A stretch of DNA of 63,083 nucleotides, counting the filler, from Octopus bimaculoides (taxonomy: Eukaryota), in assembly GCF_001194135.2 (NCBI RefSeq). It is 8 parts of 8 records of this genome, joined end to end, with 100 filler letters (N's around TTAATTAATTAA, not from the genome) between each part and the next. Parts side by side here need not be neighbours in the genome. Positions count along the whole stretch, not along the records: positions 44,576 to 54,948 come from NC_069000.1; positions 55,049 to 56,987 come from NC_069007.1; positions 57,088 to 60,033 come from NC_069001.1; positions 60,134 to 61,982 come from NW_026305377.1; positions 62,083 to 63,083 come from NC_068994.1; 3 more parts are not named here. One strand, given 5' to 3'. Made by a program: the position numbers and the translations under genes. Of the stretch, positions 50,384-62,590 are shown one piece after another. A model generated the notes under the pieces. That model made no database searches and was not told the origin of the DNA. It was given only the letters and a program-made list of their open reading frames with translations. Positions within the stretch are counted from its first letter, which is position 1. Each line of letters begins with the position of its first letter.

Positions 50384-50709
50384 GTGTGTGTGTATGTGTG
50401 GGTATATATATATATTATATATATGCGTGTGTATGTGTGCGTGAGTATTTATATATGTATATATTTAAATGTATATATATATGTATACAAACGCTCACAC
50501 ACACACATACTCATATATATGATGATCAAATCCAAATGCTTCTGTACAGCAGCGACAGAAGAGAGATAACAAATGTTTTTATCTGTAGAAACTTTCATAT
50601 TTGTATCATTTCACTTCAGCGGTTTCTTGTTTAGTGCTCACTTGCAAACACTGGTCCTTATGTTCACTATAATCTTGTATATACGCACATGCCTGCATAC
50701 ATATAAACC

Positions 50710-50744
<35 letters not shown>

Positions 50745-52589
50745 GCATATGTATATCTATTTCAGTACGTATGCATCAATATACGTGTATCCCAGTTACA
50801 AGAATTTCTTTGGTAGCAAACACAAAAGAAAGAAAACAAACGAACAAACAAACGAGCGCCATAGCTGGAATTTACACAGCAACAACAACGATCGAGTGTT
50901 ATGTATTGGTTTAGAAAATGGTGTTAAACATCGTTACTATTCTTCTAACAAATTTTGTATTTGCAAATATGCCTTCGAACTGGTCATATTCTTAGCGTCA
51001 AAAATTGTACTAATATAGCCAAATGCTCCAACACTTACAGGTACAAATGGAAATTTACGTATGTAATGTAAGATTCGAAGCTGTTGTCCGCAATTTTTCT
51101 TTCTTGGTGATTTTAAAACAGAAGTACACATCTTGAAAGCAACTGACATTTTAAAAACAACTATCTGAAACCTGGCAGATGTTTTCATAGGAATCTATAT
51201 GCTTCGTTTTGAAGCATATACATATTTTTCAAAACGAAGTGTTAGTGAAGTACATAGGAGTAATAAGAGAATGAGATGACAAAGGAATAAAGATTTATCT
51301 TATGAAATTCGTTTGCTTACAATGTTTCTGCCATAAGATGTAGTGAACAATGATGTACAGGTGTCAATACATTACTGCCGTTTCAAGTGGCTTCATATCG
51401 ATGGCCACAATGTAATTGAAACGGCCGTAAGTTATTAACATGTGTACATCCTTCTTATTTACATTCTGTTCACCTAACTTGGAGCGCTGCGGACTATACT
51501 GAACTGGTAAGGTTACTCAGTTTAAGTACCTAATTCAACTGAATCTTAATCATATATGTATCCGAGTTTGTATGATTGTGTATAGATCAATATATTAATA
51601 AATGAAATTCTAATTAGTCTGATTTTCACGTTTTATTAACTGCAATTTTTACAAATTTTACAGTTTTTCAATATTGAAATAAACTAGTACTTTCATCAAG
51701 TTTATGTAGTGACTGTCGTGTTCCACATTTGGCAAAATATATACAGATATATTTATATACACGTATGTTAGTTATCTTAATAACTGACTACTCATTGTAA
51801 GCTAGACCACGGTTTCAAGAAATAAAACAAGTTCCAACCATAGAAGTCGGTTAACCAAACAACACGTGAAACTTCGAAAGAACATTGTTATCTGTTTCGT
51901 GTATGAATCGTGTTTCTCAAGTACTTCTACTCTGGTACCTGAAAATGTATATTTTCTCAACTGTAAGTTGAGTACTTGCTAACATAGCAACTTCGCCAAT
52001 AATTATTGTTGTAAAGAACAAGGGCTGGAAAGCTGCCGTTTTCGAATCAGGTGATCATAGGTATTACTCTTCTCACTTATTCTAGAAGAAATGTGCACAT
52101 ATGCATGGCAACTCTGTGATTGTACATGATTGTCTTATTTTTTTCTATTCCACGCAACAACATTAAGCATGTTATTTTAGCAATTTAACGGAAGTTTTAA
52201 TTGGAAAGAGCCACTAATACTCATAGTGTTGATAAATATGTATTCAAAAACGCAATGAGCTGGAAGAATCGTAGGCACGTCGGGTAAAATGCTAAATAAC
52301 ATTTCTTCCGATTTTCCCTGTTTGAGCTCAAATTCTGCCGAGGTTAACCTTGTCTTTTATCCTTTTGGGATCAATAAACAAAGTACCAGTTGTGGACTGG
52401 GTCAATGTAATTGACTTAATCCTTCTCTTAAATTTGCTTGCACTGTACCAAAATTTAAAATGGATGCATAGGAATTCAATACCAGGTGTTTTGTCTGTCC
52501 TTATTCTTGGGCAGTACATCCTACGTAAATGAGTGTGCGTATGTCTGTAAATTATGTTGCGTTGTCGACTACGTGGATAATCCATTAAG

Positions 52590-52800
52590 CCTAGTTGGTG
52601 AAGATAGTGGATTTTGGATACATACATACAGAGGGAAATGGAGAGGGAAGTACTGTCCTCGAGTGCGTTTATTGAAAGGTGGGTGAAAGTTGCGAAAATG
52701 GCAAGAGAATCAAGACCTGTAAGTCGGAGAGAAGGAATTGGAGAGGGCACATATCGTCAGACAATAAGGGACATGCTCAGCTGGTTAAGGTCAAGGAACT
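52590..52800 (+). mobile_element. Tx1/L1-clade LINE extreme 3' fragment
   Basis: EREVLSSSAFIERWVKVAKMAR matches EREVLP..FVERWV.AAKIAR of the 17-kb copy. Confidence 0.65.
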
Positions 52801-52887
52801 GACTACCAAATCTGTGGTACTGAGAAGAATATTTACTGTAGCCCAGTATCATCATCATCATCATCATCATCAACATCATCATCATCA

Positions 52888-52968
<81 letters not shown>

Positions 52969-52969
<1 letters not shown>

Positions 52970-53286
52970 TGTGATTTACTTGTAAAGGATAAGAGATGTT
53001 ACAGTAGGACTGAAAGCTTGGGGAGGAGAAGTGGCAGGGGCAGTAATGAAATATCTTCATATAATAGAACACATACATTTAAATTGATAGGGATTTTCTA
53101 AGGAAGTTGGCAGTACTTGTCAGTACAATCTTTTGGATTTCTTTGAAATATGGTTCTCCTGGGATTTTATCTAGACGTTTCTGACATCCCTCTTTTATAC
53201 CTAGGGCCCCTACAATAACAGGAATAGTTTTTGCTTTAAAATGCCACATCATTTCCATTTCAATTTCCAGGTCAGAATGTGACAAG
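52969..53286 (-). mobile_element. 5'-truncated R4/Dong-clade LINE ending in (AAT)n
   Basis: DLEIEMEMMWHFKAKTIPVIVGALG...IPGEPYFKEIQKIVLTSTANFLRKSLSI*; the 3' end runs into (TTA)n at 52890-52968 on +. Confidence 0.88.
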
Positions 53287-53829
53287 TTCGGCCCTTTGAA
53301 ATACAGGTACATCGCATTTTTGCCAGCTGAGTGGACCGAAGCAAGGTGAAATGAAGGGTCTTTTTAGGGACACAGCACGCCGTCGTGATGGAACTCACGA
53401 CATTACGACCAGGAGCGGAAACCCTAAACACTTAACCATGCGGGAAAAAATACTTTATGGCCGTAGATAAAATAAACTGAAATTGAGACAATCACAGCCG
53501 TTTACTGTGCACAATGGAAATCAATGGAACAAAGGATGATCTTACATTTGGGGTTGAAATCGTTTAGCAAAGGAAACTAAAAGTATTGTGAGTTGGAGGG
53601 GGACAAGAAATATGGCTGGCAATAAATTTAAGAGGTCAGTTTACTTTGGAGGGACAAAAGGAATAAAAGAATTGTTAACTGAGTTTGAAGAATTTGTTTA
53701 TGTAATTAAATACTAGAACTGTTAAGGAAATATTAATCCTTCAATTATACAGGTATACTCTCTTATACACACAGACGCACACGCGCACGCACGAACGTGC
53801 GTAGTGCGTAAGTGTACATGCTTACAAAT

Positions 53830-54007
53830 ATATATAGAGAGATGGAGGTAGAGAGAGAGATACAGAGAGAGAAGGTGAGGGAGGGTGAGAGAGATGGAAA
53901 GAAAGGAAGGTGAGAAAAAGAAAGAGATAAAAAAAAGAGTGATGGGAAATAAAGAGATGAGGAATGAGTGTGAGCGATAAAGAGAGCGAGAGAAATATAG
54001 ACACAAT

Positions 54008-54041
<34 letters not shown>

Positions 54042-54240
54042 AAGAAAGAGTTGGGGAAAGAGAGAAAAAGCGAGTGATAGAGAGAGAGGGAGAGAGAGAG
54101 AGAGAGAAAGAGTGGGGTAAACACAGAATGAAAGAGTTGGGGAAAGAGAGAGAAAGGGAGTGAGAGAGAGAGAGAGAGAGAGAGCGGGAGAGAGAGAGAC
54201 AGAGGGAGAGAGAGAGATAGGCAGACAGAGACAGGGAGAG
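53830..54240 (+). repeat. Degenerate (GA)n purine-rich tract
   Basis: Directly visible. Confidence 0.9.
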
Positions 54241-54907
54241 CATATACGTGCTTGTCTTATCTAATACGCGTGATCACTGGAAGAGCGTATAATGCTACAC
54301 ACACGCACACACACGCACTCAATCACTCACTCTCACACATACACACACACACACACACACAGAGGCTCGCGTGCGCAAGCACGCAGACACAGAAGTATAT
54401 CCAATTTCCATCAAATGAAAACCTGTATAGACAGACATACATGCAGAGGTATTGTGTATATATATCTGTATGCGTAAATGTTTGCGAATCATGTGAATGA
54501 AGACATAATTGTTACATTTAAAAGAATTCCAAAGAGAATACTCTGTTTATTTGATTTGTTTAATCAAATATGTTTCGCTTAATCACATAACACCCACATA
54601 ATAATGCAATCAGTCCCCGGTGCGCAAATGTATACATGCAAACGTACAATACGTACGTAGATACATAAACACATAGAATGGCATGGACACACTGGCAAAG
54701 AAACACGTACATACATACATATATACATATATAAATACATATATGTATTTATGTGTGTGTGTGTGTAATTATATATATATACATATATTTATATATAAAT
54801 ATGTATGTATGTATGTATATATATATATATGCATACACGCACACGTTTATACACATTTGTTTATATACATAGTTTTGTATGTATATGTACATTTATTATA
54901 GAATATA

Positions 54908-54948
<41 letters not shown>

Positions 54949-55061
54949 NNNNNNNNNNNNNNNNNNNNNNNNNNNNNNNNNNNNNNNNNNNNTTAATTAA
55001 TTAANNNNNNNNNNNNNNNNNNNNNNNNNNNNNNNNNNNNNNNNNNNNTAATAAAGAAACA

Positions 55062-55125
<64 letters not shown>

Positions 55126-55822
55126 CGTCCGTCCGTCCGTCTGTCTATATTTTGAAAGTATTTTTACTGAGAAAGTTAATGAAATTCCACTAAATTCCAA
55201 GTAAAAAAAAGAAAAGAAAAGATATAATAAATAATACTTTCATGTGAAATAGTAAAACCCTTGTTTAATAGTTAGTTTAGAGAGAGAGAGAGAGAGGAAG
55301 GATGACAGGGAAGGAGAGAAAAGAGAGAGAGAGAGGGAGGAGGAGGAGAAAAGGGAAAGAAGGAGAAAGCATGATAAGAGACAGACAAAATCATTGATAT
55401 GTATGTATGGCAAGAGAGACCGATAGAATAAGTGCTAGGCTAACAAAGAATAAGTCCTGGGGTCGATTTGCTCGACTAAAGGTGGTGCTACAGCATGGCC
55501 ACAGTCGAATGACTGAAACGAGTAAAAGAATAAAAGAGTAATATGTATACGTGTACGAATATGTATGTGTGTGTGTGTGTGTCTGTGCATATGTATGTAT
55601 GCATGGATGTATACACATACATATATACATAGAGATAGGGAGGAGAAGGCGCGGGTAGACGAGGAGAAAACTTGAAAACAAACAGACGAGTATTATATTT
55701 TTTTCTTTCATAATCGGATGAATTCCCATGTATAGAACACAAATTCGCAAAACTTTACTGAAAATTCCCCAAAATAAAAAAAGTTATGCGAGGTTACATG
55801 GGGTGCGAAACCAGAATTCCGC

Positions 55823-55868
<46 letters not shown>

Positions 55869-56661
55869 TTTATATGTGCATTTGAGCGCTACTACGTGTT
55901 TATATATTATGGAGAGAGAGAGAGAGAGAGAGAGAGAAGGGGAGAGAAAGAGAGAAGGGGAGAGAAAGTGAGAGGGGAGGGAAAGAGAGAGAGGAGGTGG
56001 TGGTAGTGTTAGTGTGTGTGTATTCCCGCGGTGGAGGAAGATAAAATTCACTCCATTCACTTATTAACAAAATGAGAGAGAGAGAGAGAACAGCGAGTTC
56101 AGTCACATAGTAAAACTGCTATAAAAACCCGACCGACAACACAAAGTCCCATTATGCGAAATAGTCTTTAATCATGCAACTACGGTGATTCCAGCTGATT
56201 AATGAACGACCAAATGTTTGTTATATATGACAGCATCACTCTTGGTAACTGATGGAAAATTCTTAGGTATTTATTTCACTATTTATTTTCATATAAGATA
56301 TTTAAAATGTGTGTGTGTCTCTGTATCTCTCTCTCTCTCATGGCAAAAAAAGAAAAAGAAGTGTGTTAAATGATCTTTTACTTGTTTCAGTCGTTTCTCT
56401 GCGACCATGCTGGGGCATTGCTCTGAAAGCTTTTAGTCCAATAAATCGATCCAGGACTTTAGGAGAAGATACTTGCAGTTGGATATGTTTATAACCTAGT
56501 GCTTATTTCTATCGATCATTTTTTGCCGAACTGCTTGTTACGGGGACGTAAACGCACCAACATCGTATGTCAAGTGGTGGTCGGCGACAGACACAAAGAC
56601 ACACACATACATACACAACAAGCAAAGTTAGGAAATCTCTAAGACATGAAAGTACTAACTA

Positions 56662-56788
56662 CAGGGTGTCCACAAAGTCTGGGTACATGGAGATTAACAC
56701 ATATATTAAGAATTTATTATTTCTTATATTTAATTGTTTATGTTATGATTTGATTTACTCTATGTACCCAGACTTTGTGGACACCCTG
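56662..56788. mobile_element. Tc1/mariner-type MITE, 127 bp
   Basis: Perfect 27-bp TIRs CAGGGTGTCCACAAAGTCTGGGTACAT; left flank TA, right flank GA. Confidence 0.9.
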
Positions 56789-58242
56789 GATATGGAGAAG
56801 TAATGTTTATCACCACTTTATATATTAAAATCCAGAAAATGGAGAAGTAGCATTAGTATAATTTTATTAACTGCGAAAGTTCAACATGTTCTTTTACAGT
56901 TGTTTCAATTTTGGCCAAAATAATTAAATTCCAGTAATTAAAACCATTTTATTGGGCAAAATCTCGTCAGAGGAGTCAAAAGACATCNNNNNNNNNNNNN
57001 NNNNNNNNNNNNNNNNNNNNNNNNNNNNNNNTTAATTAATTAANNNNNNNNNNNNNNNNNNNNNNNNNNNNNNNNNNNNNNNNNNNNCCCTTTACACTCA
57101 GCATACCTCCACTCTTCTTTCAGGTGTTCATTACTCAAGACCAGACACAAACAATTTCTTGACCTTTGACCTCTGCACCTAGTAGAACACTATGGTGTGA
57201 CAGTCAGAGAAAAAGAAGGCTGTAACTATTTAATCCATAAATGGAAACAAGTTATGTTTAAAGACAATTTATATTTGCTAGAGCCAACACTTCTCATATC
57301 TGTTGGATCATGTTGTCACTGTTGGTCCTTGGCTACTTATTAACCAACAAGTTGGATCAGTCACAGTTAATCTTATAATCTATTAAGAGTTGGGGGGTCA
57401 GCAAACTTCTTATGTCACTGACCCCTTTAGGAAATCATTGATAACTTATCAACTGCTATCATGTAAATGTCTAAAATAAGATTAAAAAGTATATTTCAAA
57501 AAAGAAATTTTTTTTGATTCAAAAAGAATAACTACTTTGTTCTTTCATATTATTTCTGCTTTTTAACAAGAAATATTTAACCCTTTCATTACCAACTTGG
57601 CTGAAACGGGCTCTGGCTCTGAGTACAAATTTGATAAAGAGCAATAAAAATTCAGTTATATTGATGTAGTCTGAACATTTAATGCGAAGTATGTGTTTGG
57701 TGAATACTAGTTATTGCATTGATATTTGCATTTAAACTGGCCATATCGAGACCAGATATTCTACTTGTTTTATGTCCAAACTGGCCATATCCGACCTTTC
57801 ACACCTATCCTACAATGCCATTCTAAAAAGAAACAATCACATCACTAAAAATCTCAAAGCTGTGAGAGAATGCATCATTACTTCAAAACAATGTGAATAA
57901 ACAAGCATTACATTTGAAAGAGAAATCTGAATGCTGATGAGTGAAATTACTGTGTTCTTCTAGATTGTAAAAAGGTTGGCGTTAGGAAGGGCATCCAGCC
58001 ATAAAAACCATGCAGTGGAGCTTGGTGCAGTCCTCTGGCTTGCCAGCTCATGTAGAACCATCCAACCCATGCCAACATAGAAGAAGAACTTTGAATGATG
58101 ATGATGATGATAAGCAATGCGAAATGAAGGGTTTTGTTCAAAACACAATTCACCACCCAGTCCAAGATTCAAAACTATAATCAGGCCATGCACCATCACA
58201 ATTGAAATTGCATTGTAAATGTGAATGCGAACGTTAACATAC

Positions 58243-58350
58243 CTTGAGGTTTGGCTGCTGTTTTAAGCAATTTGACAACACCGGCACCCTCTCTTTACAC
58301 AAAGAATAACACAATCTACCAGATACCATTCCATCTTCATACAATTCACA
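58243..58350 (-). CDS. DIPK1: Internal exon (108 nt, phase 0-0) of a FAM69/DIPK1-family divergent protein kinase, Cys-rich N-terminal domain
   Basis: Acceptor ttttgttattttcag, donor AAG|gtatgt; CELYEDGMVSGRLCYSLCKERVPVLSNCLKQQPNLK fits the FAM69 C-x2-Y-x2-G-x3-G-x2-C-x2-LC-x9-CL pattern. Family-level call only; the paralogue is unknown. Confidence 0.85.
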
Positions 58351-59197
58351 CTGAAAATAACAAAAATAAAACAATACAAAACAGAAAAAAACATTTTTAA
58401 CAGAATTTTAAATTGAAAGAAAAGAAAACAAACACCATTAGAAAGTAAGGTGTGCCCCAGCATGGCCAGTTTAACCCTTTCATTACTGTATTTATTTTGA
58501 GATGCTCTGTGTTTCTTTCAATTAATTTAAATATAACAAAGAATTTAGTAAAATAACTTAGTTATCATTCAGCTGGTGTTAGGAACATAAACTGTCTTTT
58601 GGCGATTTGCTGTGCTTGAGAAGACACTTCAAGTTGAATGAAATCATGGTCATGGCCTGGGCTGATGACATGTAAAAGGCACCTGTGCCAGTGATGTGTA
58701 GAAGGCACTGTGCCAATGACACATAAAAGGCACCCATGCCAGTGACAAGTAAAGGGTACCCATACCTTGTAAAGGGTGACACATAAAAGACATCCAGTAC
58801 ACACTGTAAGGTGGTTGGTGTTAGGAAGAGCATCCAGCTGTAGAAACCAGGCCAAAACAGACTGGAACCTGAAGCGGCCCTTCAGTTTATCGGCTCTGGT
58901 CAAACCATCTAACCCATGCCAGCTTGGAAAATGGACATTAAATAATGATGATGATTCCAGTAATGGTGTTAAATATCTACCAAAAAATAGAATTGGTATT
59001 TTCTGCAAGTTACATTACCTCAATAAGCTTAACATATCTCAACAAGAAGTTGTTCCAAACATGACATTCCTCAATGGCAGTTAAACTGATATATAATGCT
59101 GCTTTCTGCAGTTAAGGGTACTGAAATTTTGAATGGATACTGTAAAAGGTTAAAGATTTCAACACTTTTCATGATTCTAGAAGGATGGTTTACTTAC

Positions 59198-59329
59198 CAA
59201 ACTGTCCCTAACGGATCTTCCATTGCAAGGATCATATATTGCAATTATCACACATAACATGGAAAACAGAAGAATTCCTGTGAATGCCGAGTAAACAAGC
59301 ATGGTCTTCTTGCTGACACCTAATAAGTT
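59198..59329 (-). CDS. DIPK1: Exon (132 nt) encoding the type II TM anchor of the same FAM69/DIPK1-like gene
   Basis: Long polypyrimidine acceptor ...ccttttag, donor TTG|gtaagt; NLLGVSKKTMLVYSAFTGILLFSMLCVIIAIYDPCNGRSVRDSL splices in frame to the 108-nt exon. Confidence 0.85.
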
Positions 59330-59480
59330 CTAAAAGGTAGTGGACGAAAAGAAAAAGACAAACAAAAAAATTTACATATTCATATATTAACATATTTTAT
59401 CAGCAAATACAAATTAACATATTTAATTTAATACATTTATATCAAGTAACAGTTTTGCATTTAGAGAACTTTACACACAT

Positions 59481-59542
<62 letters not shown>

Positions 59543-60133
59543 TACATATACATATATATGCACTTATACGTACATGTGTGTGTGTACATTAGTAATTAGT
59601 AAAGGATTTCTCCAAATGTTTAATGATTTGCTCACAGGTATTCAAAAGAGGTTATTCAAAAAGAATTAAAGGCAATGCTGATGCTACTTCATATAATCCT
59701 TATTATTATTATTATTGATTTATATGGCACTGTCATGCTATTAGCTGTCAGAAGTGAAAGTGCTCACTGCTAGTGAAGTATCTGTCTGTCTGCCTGCATG
59801 CCTCTGTGTGTCCGTCTGTCTGCCTGCTGGTTTGAGTTGATACTTTGGCTTACTTACTTACTGATTGATATCTATCTACTATCTATCTATCTATTTATCT
59901 ATCAATCACTCGTCCACCTTATTAGAAAACACAAATTTAATATAAAAACATATTTCCTGAAATTGCAAATTATTTAAAATATAAAAATATAATTTTCAAC
60001 AGAGAGAATTTATCAAAATAGAAAACAAATAAANNNNNNNNNNNNNNNNNNNNNNNNNNNNNNNNNNNNNNNNNNNNTTAATTAATTAANNNNNNNNNNN
60101 NNNNNNNNNNNNNNNNNNNNNNNNNNNNNNNNN

Positions 60134-60630
60134 GGTTATGCAGCGCCGATACTTCGTAGGAACTGGAAAATTTTCAACGATTAAAACTAGACGCATTCTG
60201 AATGTTTTCTTTAGCTGTGCACCTTTAATGAAAAAATTTGACTTTAGTAGTTAGGGCCACACCTGAGGAAGAGGCAGGATGCTCATGTAAGGGTAACACA
60301 ACATGGCCCCTGAACGCCCACTGTAATACGAAGGACGTCGTATACGAGGCAAAGGTAACAGCGATAGGATTAAATAGACGACCAAACGTACGAAAGTACG
60401 TTGGAGTAACTGAAGGCCCCTTCAGAACCTGCTATAACAACCACAAGTCCTTCAGCATCTCGGAGCGACGTAACGTCAAGACACTGGCCAAGCACGTATG
60501 GTCGTTGGCAGAAAGCGTTACCAAGTATAAGATAAAGTGGAGGATTCTAGAGAAATGTAAAGCGTACTTCAATAGCAGCAGAAAGTGTAGATTATGTCTG
60601 GCTGAGAAAAGATCGATATTAAAAAGATCC
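60134..60630 (+). mobile_element. Penelope-like element fragment, C-terminal GIY-YIG endonuclease
   Basis: CSC-x5-WPLNAHC...VVYEAKV...KYVGVTE.PFRTCYNNHKSF...LAKHVW...IKWRIL...KCRLCLAEK; upstream KIFN..FFSCAPLM linker remnant. Confidence 0.85.
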
Positions 60631-60637
60631 CGGCCGC

Positions 60638-61405
60638 TGTGCTTCTGACACCCATACTTTATGATTTGTGCCGCTGACGCCCATACTTAATGATTTGTGC
60701 CGCTGACGTCCATACTTTATGGTATGTGCCGCTGACGTCCATACTTTATATGTGCCGCTGACGTCCATACTTTATGATATGTACCGCTGACTTCCATACT
60801 TTATATGTGCCGCTGACGCCCATACTTTATATGTGCCGCTGACGTCCATACTTTATATGTACCGCTGACTTCCATACTTTATATGTGACGCTGACGCCCA
60901 TTCTTTATGATATATGCGCTGATGTCCATACATTATATGTGCCGCTGACGCTCATACTATATGGTATGTGCTGCTGACGTCCATACTTTAGGATATGTGC
61001 CGCTCACACCCATACTTTATGACATGTGCCGCTGACGTCCATACTTTATTTGTGCCGCTGACGCTTATACATTATGATATGTGCTGCTGATGTCGATACT
61101 TTATGATATTTGCCGCCGACGTCCATACTTTATTTGTGCCGCTGACGCCCATACTTTATATGTGCCGCTGACGCTCATACTTTATGATATGTGCCGTTGA
61201 CATCTATACTTAATATGTGCCGCTGACGCTTATACCTTATGATATGTGCCGCTGAGTCCATACTTTGATATGTGCCGCTAACGCTTATACTTTATGATAT
61301 GTGCCGCTGACGTTCGTACTTTGATATGTGCCGCTGACGTCCATACCTTATTTGTGCCGCTGACGCTCATACTTCATGATATGTGCCGCTGACGTCTATA
61401 CTTTA
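60638..61405 (+). repeat. Minisatellite, 28 units of 26/29 bp (TGTGCCGCTGACGTCCATACTTTA[TGA]TA)
   Basis: Units counted by eye; no unique spacers. Confidence 0.97.
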
Positions 61406-61580
61406 GCTGTTATTGCTATTATTATTGTAATTGTTATTGAATTTACGTCGCCCAGAAGTTATTTCTTTTCCCTTCTCTCTTCTCTTTATGTGTGCGGTTG
61501 TTGTGAATATTTGTGTGTGGCTTATATTTACGGTGGTGACCGTGGTCTCCACCATCCTCCCTGCATCTATCTATCTATCC

Positions 61581-61643
<63 letters not shown>

Positions 61644-62082
61644 CATCTATCTATCTATCTATCAAGGATGACACGTGTGAATGACAGAGCCACCTTCAGC
61701 ATAACCCTATGAACCAGAAAAAAAGGTAAAAAGTGAGTCACTAACCGTAAAGTGTTTCACTGCATGACATTATTGACCGAGGTTAGCGTGGCCTTTTCCG
61801 TAGGCGTTTCTTCCCACGGATAAACCTAAACTGTTTCCCCCTTCACACTTTACATCATGACATTTCTGTGATACACGATCCCTATTGATCGCTTTTTTTT
61901 TACGATCCCTTTTGATCGAAAATCTACCCCCTTTTTTTTTATTCCTTCTCCTCCCCAAAAACAAAAGCTCTACTTTGTAACTNNNNNNNNNNNNNNNNNN
62001 NNNNNNNNNNNNNNNNNNNNNNNNNNTTAATTAATTAANNNNNNNNNNNNNNNNNNNNNNNNNNNNNNNNNNNNNNNNNNNN

Positions 62083-62590
62083 TGCGTGTGTGTGCGCGTG
62101 TGTGTATGTGTATATTGTGTATGTTTTCGTGCGTGCGTGTGTGTGTGTGTATATTGTGTATATGTGCGTTCCTGTGTGTGTGTGTGTGTGCATGTGTTTG
62201 CTTACGTATGTGCGTGCATGTGCGTGTGTCATTTATGCCCCTTGTGTGTGTAGTTGTATGCGTGTTTATGTGAGTGTGTGTTGTGTATGTGAGAGGTGTG
62301 TGTGCGTGTGTGCATGTGTGTATATGTGTATGTGTGTACGTGTATGTGTGTGCGTTTGTGTATGTGAGAGGTGTGTGTATGTGTATGTGAGAGGTGTGTG
62401 TATGTGTATGTGTGTGTTTATGTGTGTGTGCGTGCGTATGTGTGTGAGAGCGTAAGGATGTGTGCCAGGTATGTGTGTTATTTTGTGTGTGCACTCCTGT
62501 GTGTGTGTGTGCATATGTATGCGGCTGTGTATGTACGTGTATGTAGGCGTGCGCGTATATATGAGTGTGTGTGTGGGTATGTGTGCGTGT
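62083..62590 (+). repeat. Degenerate (TG)n/(TATG)n tract
   Basis: Directly visible. Confidence 0.95.

Noticed and set aside
51197-51239. Overlapping short hairpins (ATATGCTTC/GAAGCATAT; CTTCGTTTTGAA/TTCAAAACGAAG)
   Set aside because: Short and AT-rich; no evidence of function.
51385-51435. GAAAC-GGCC-GTAAG hammerhead 3' half, or a 66-nt + strand micro-exon
   Set aside because: No CTGANGA core or stem II, and the exon reading lacks a polypyrimidine tract.
57577-58490. Composite transposon capturing the 108-nt exon
   Set aside because: The two TTAA-CCCTTT ends are in direct, not inverted, orientation.
60638-61405. CRISPR-like appearance of the 26-29 bp array; CTGACG as a hammerhead core
   Set aside because: Units are contiguous with no unique spacers, there are no cas genes, and the context is eukaryotic. 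CTGACGT lacks the final A of CTGANGA and no GAAA follows.
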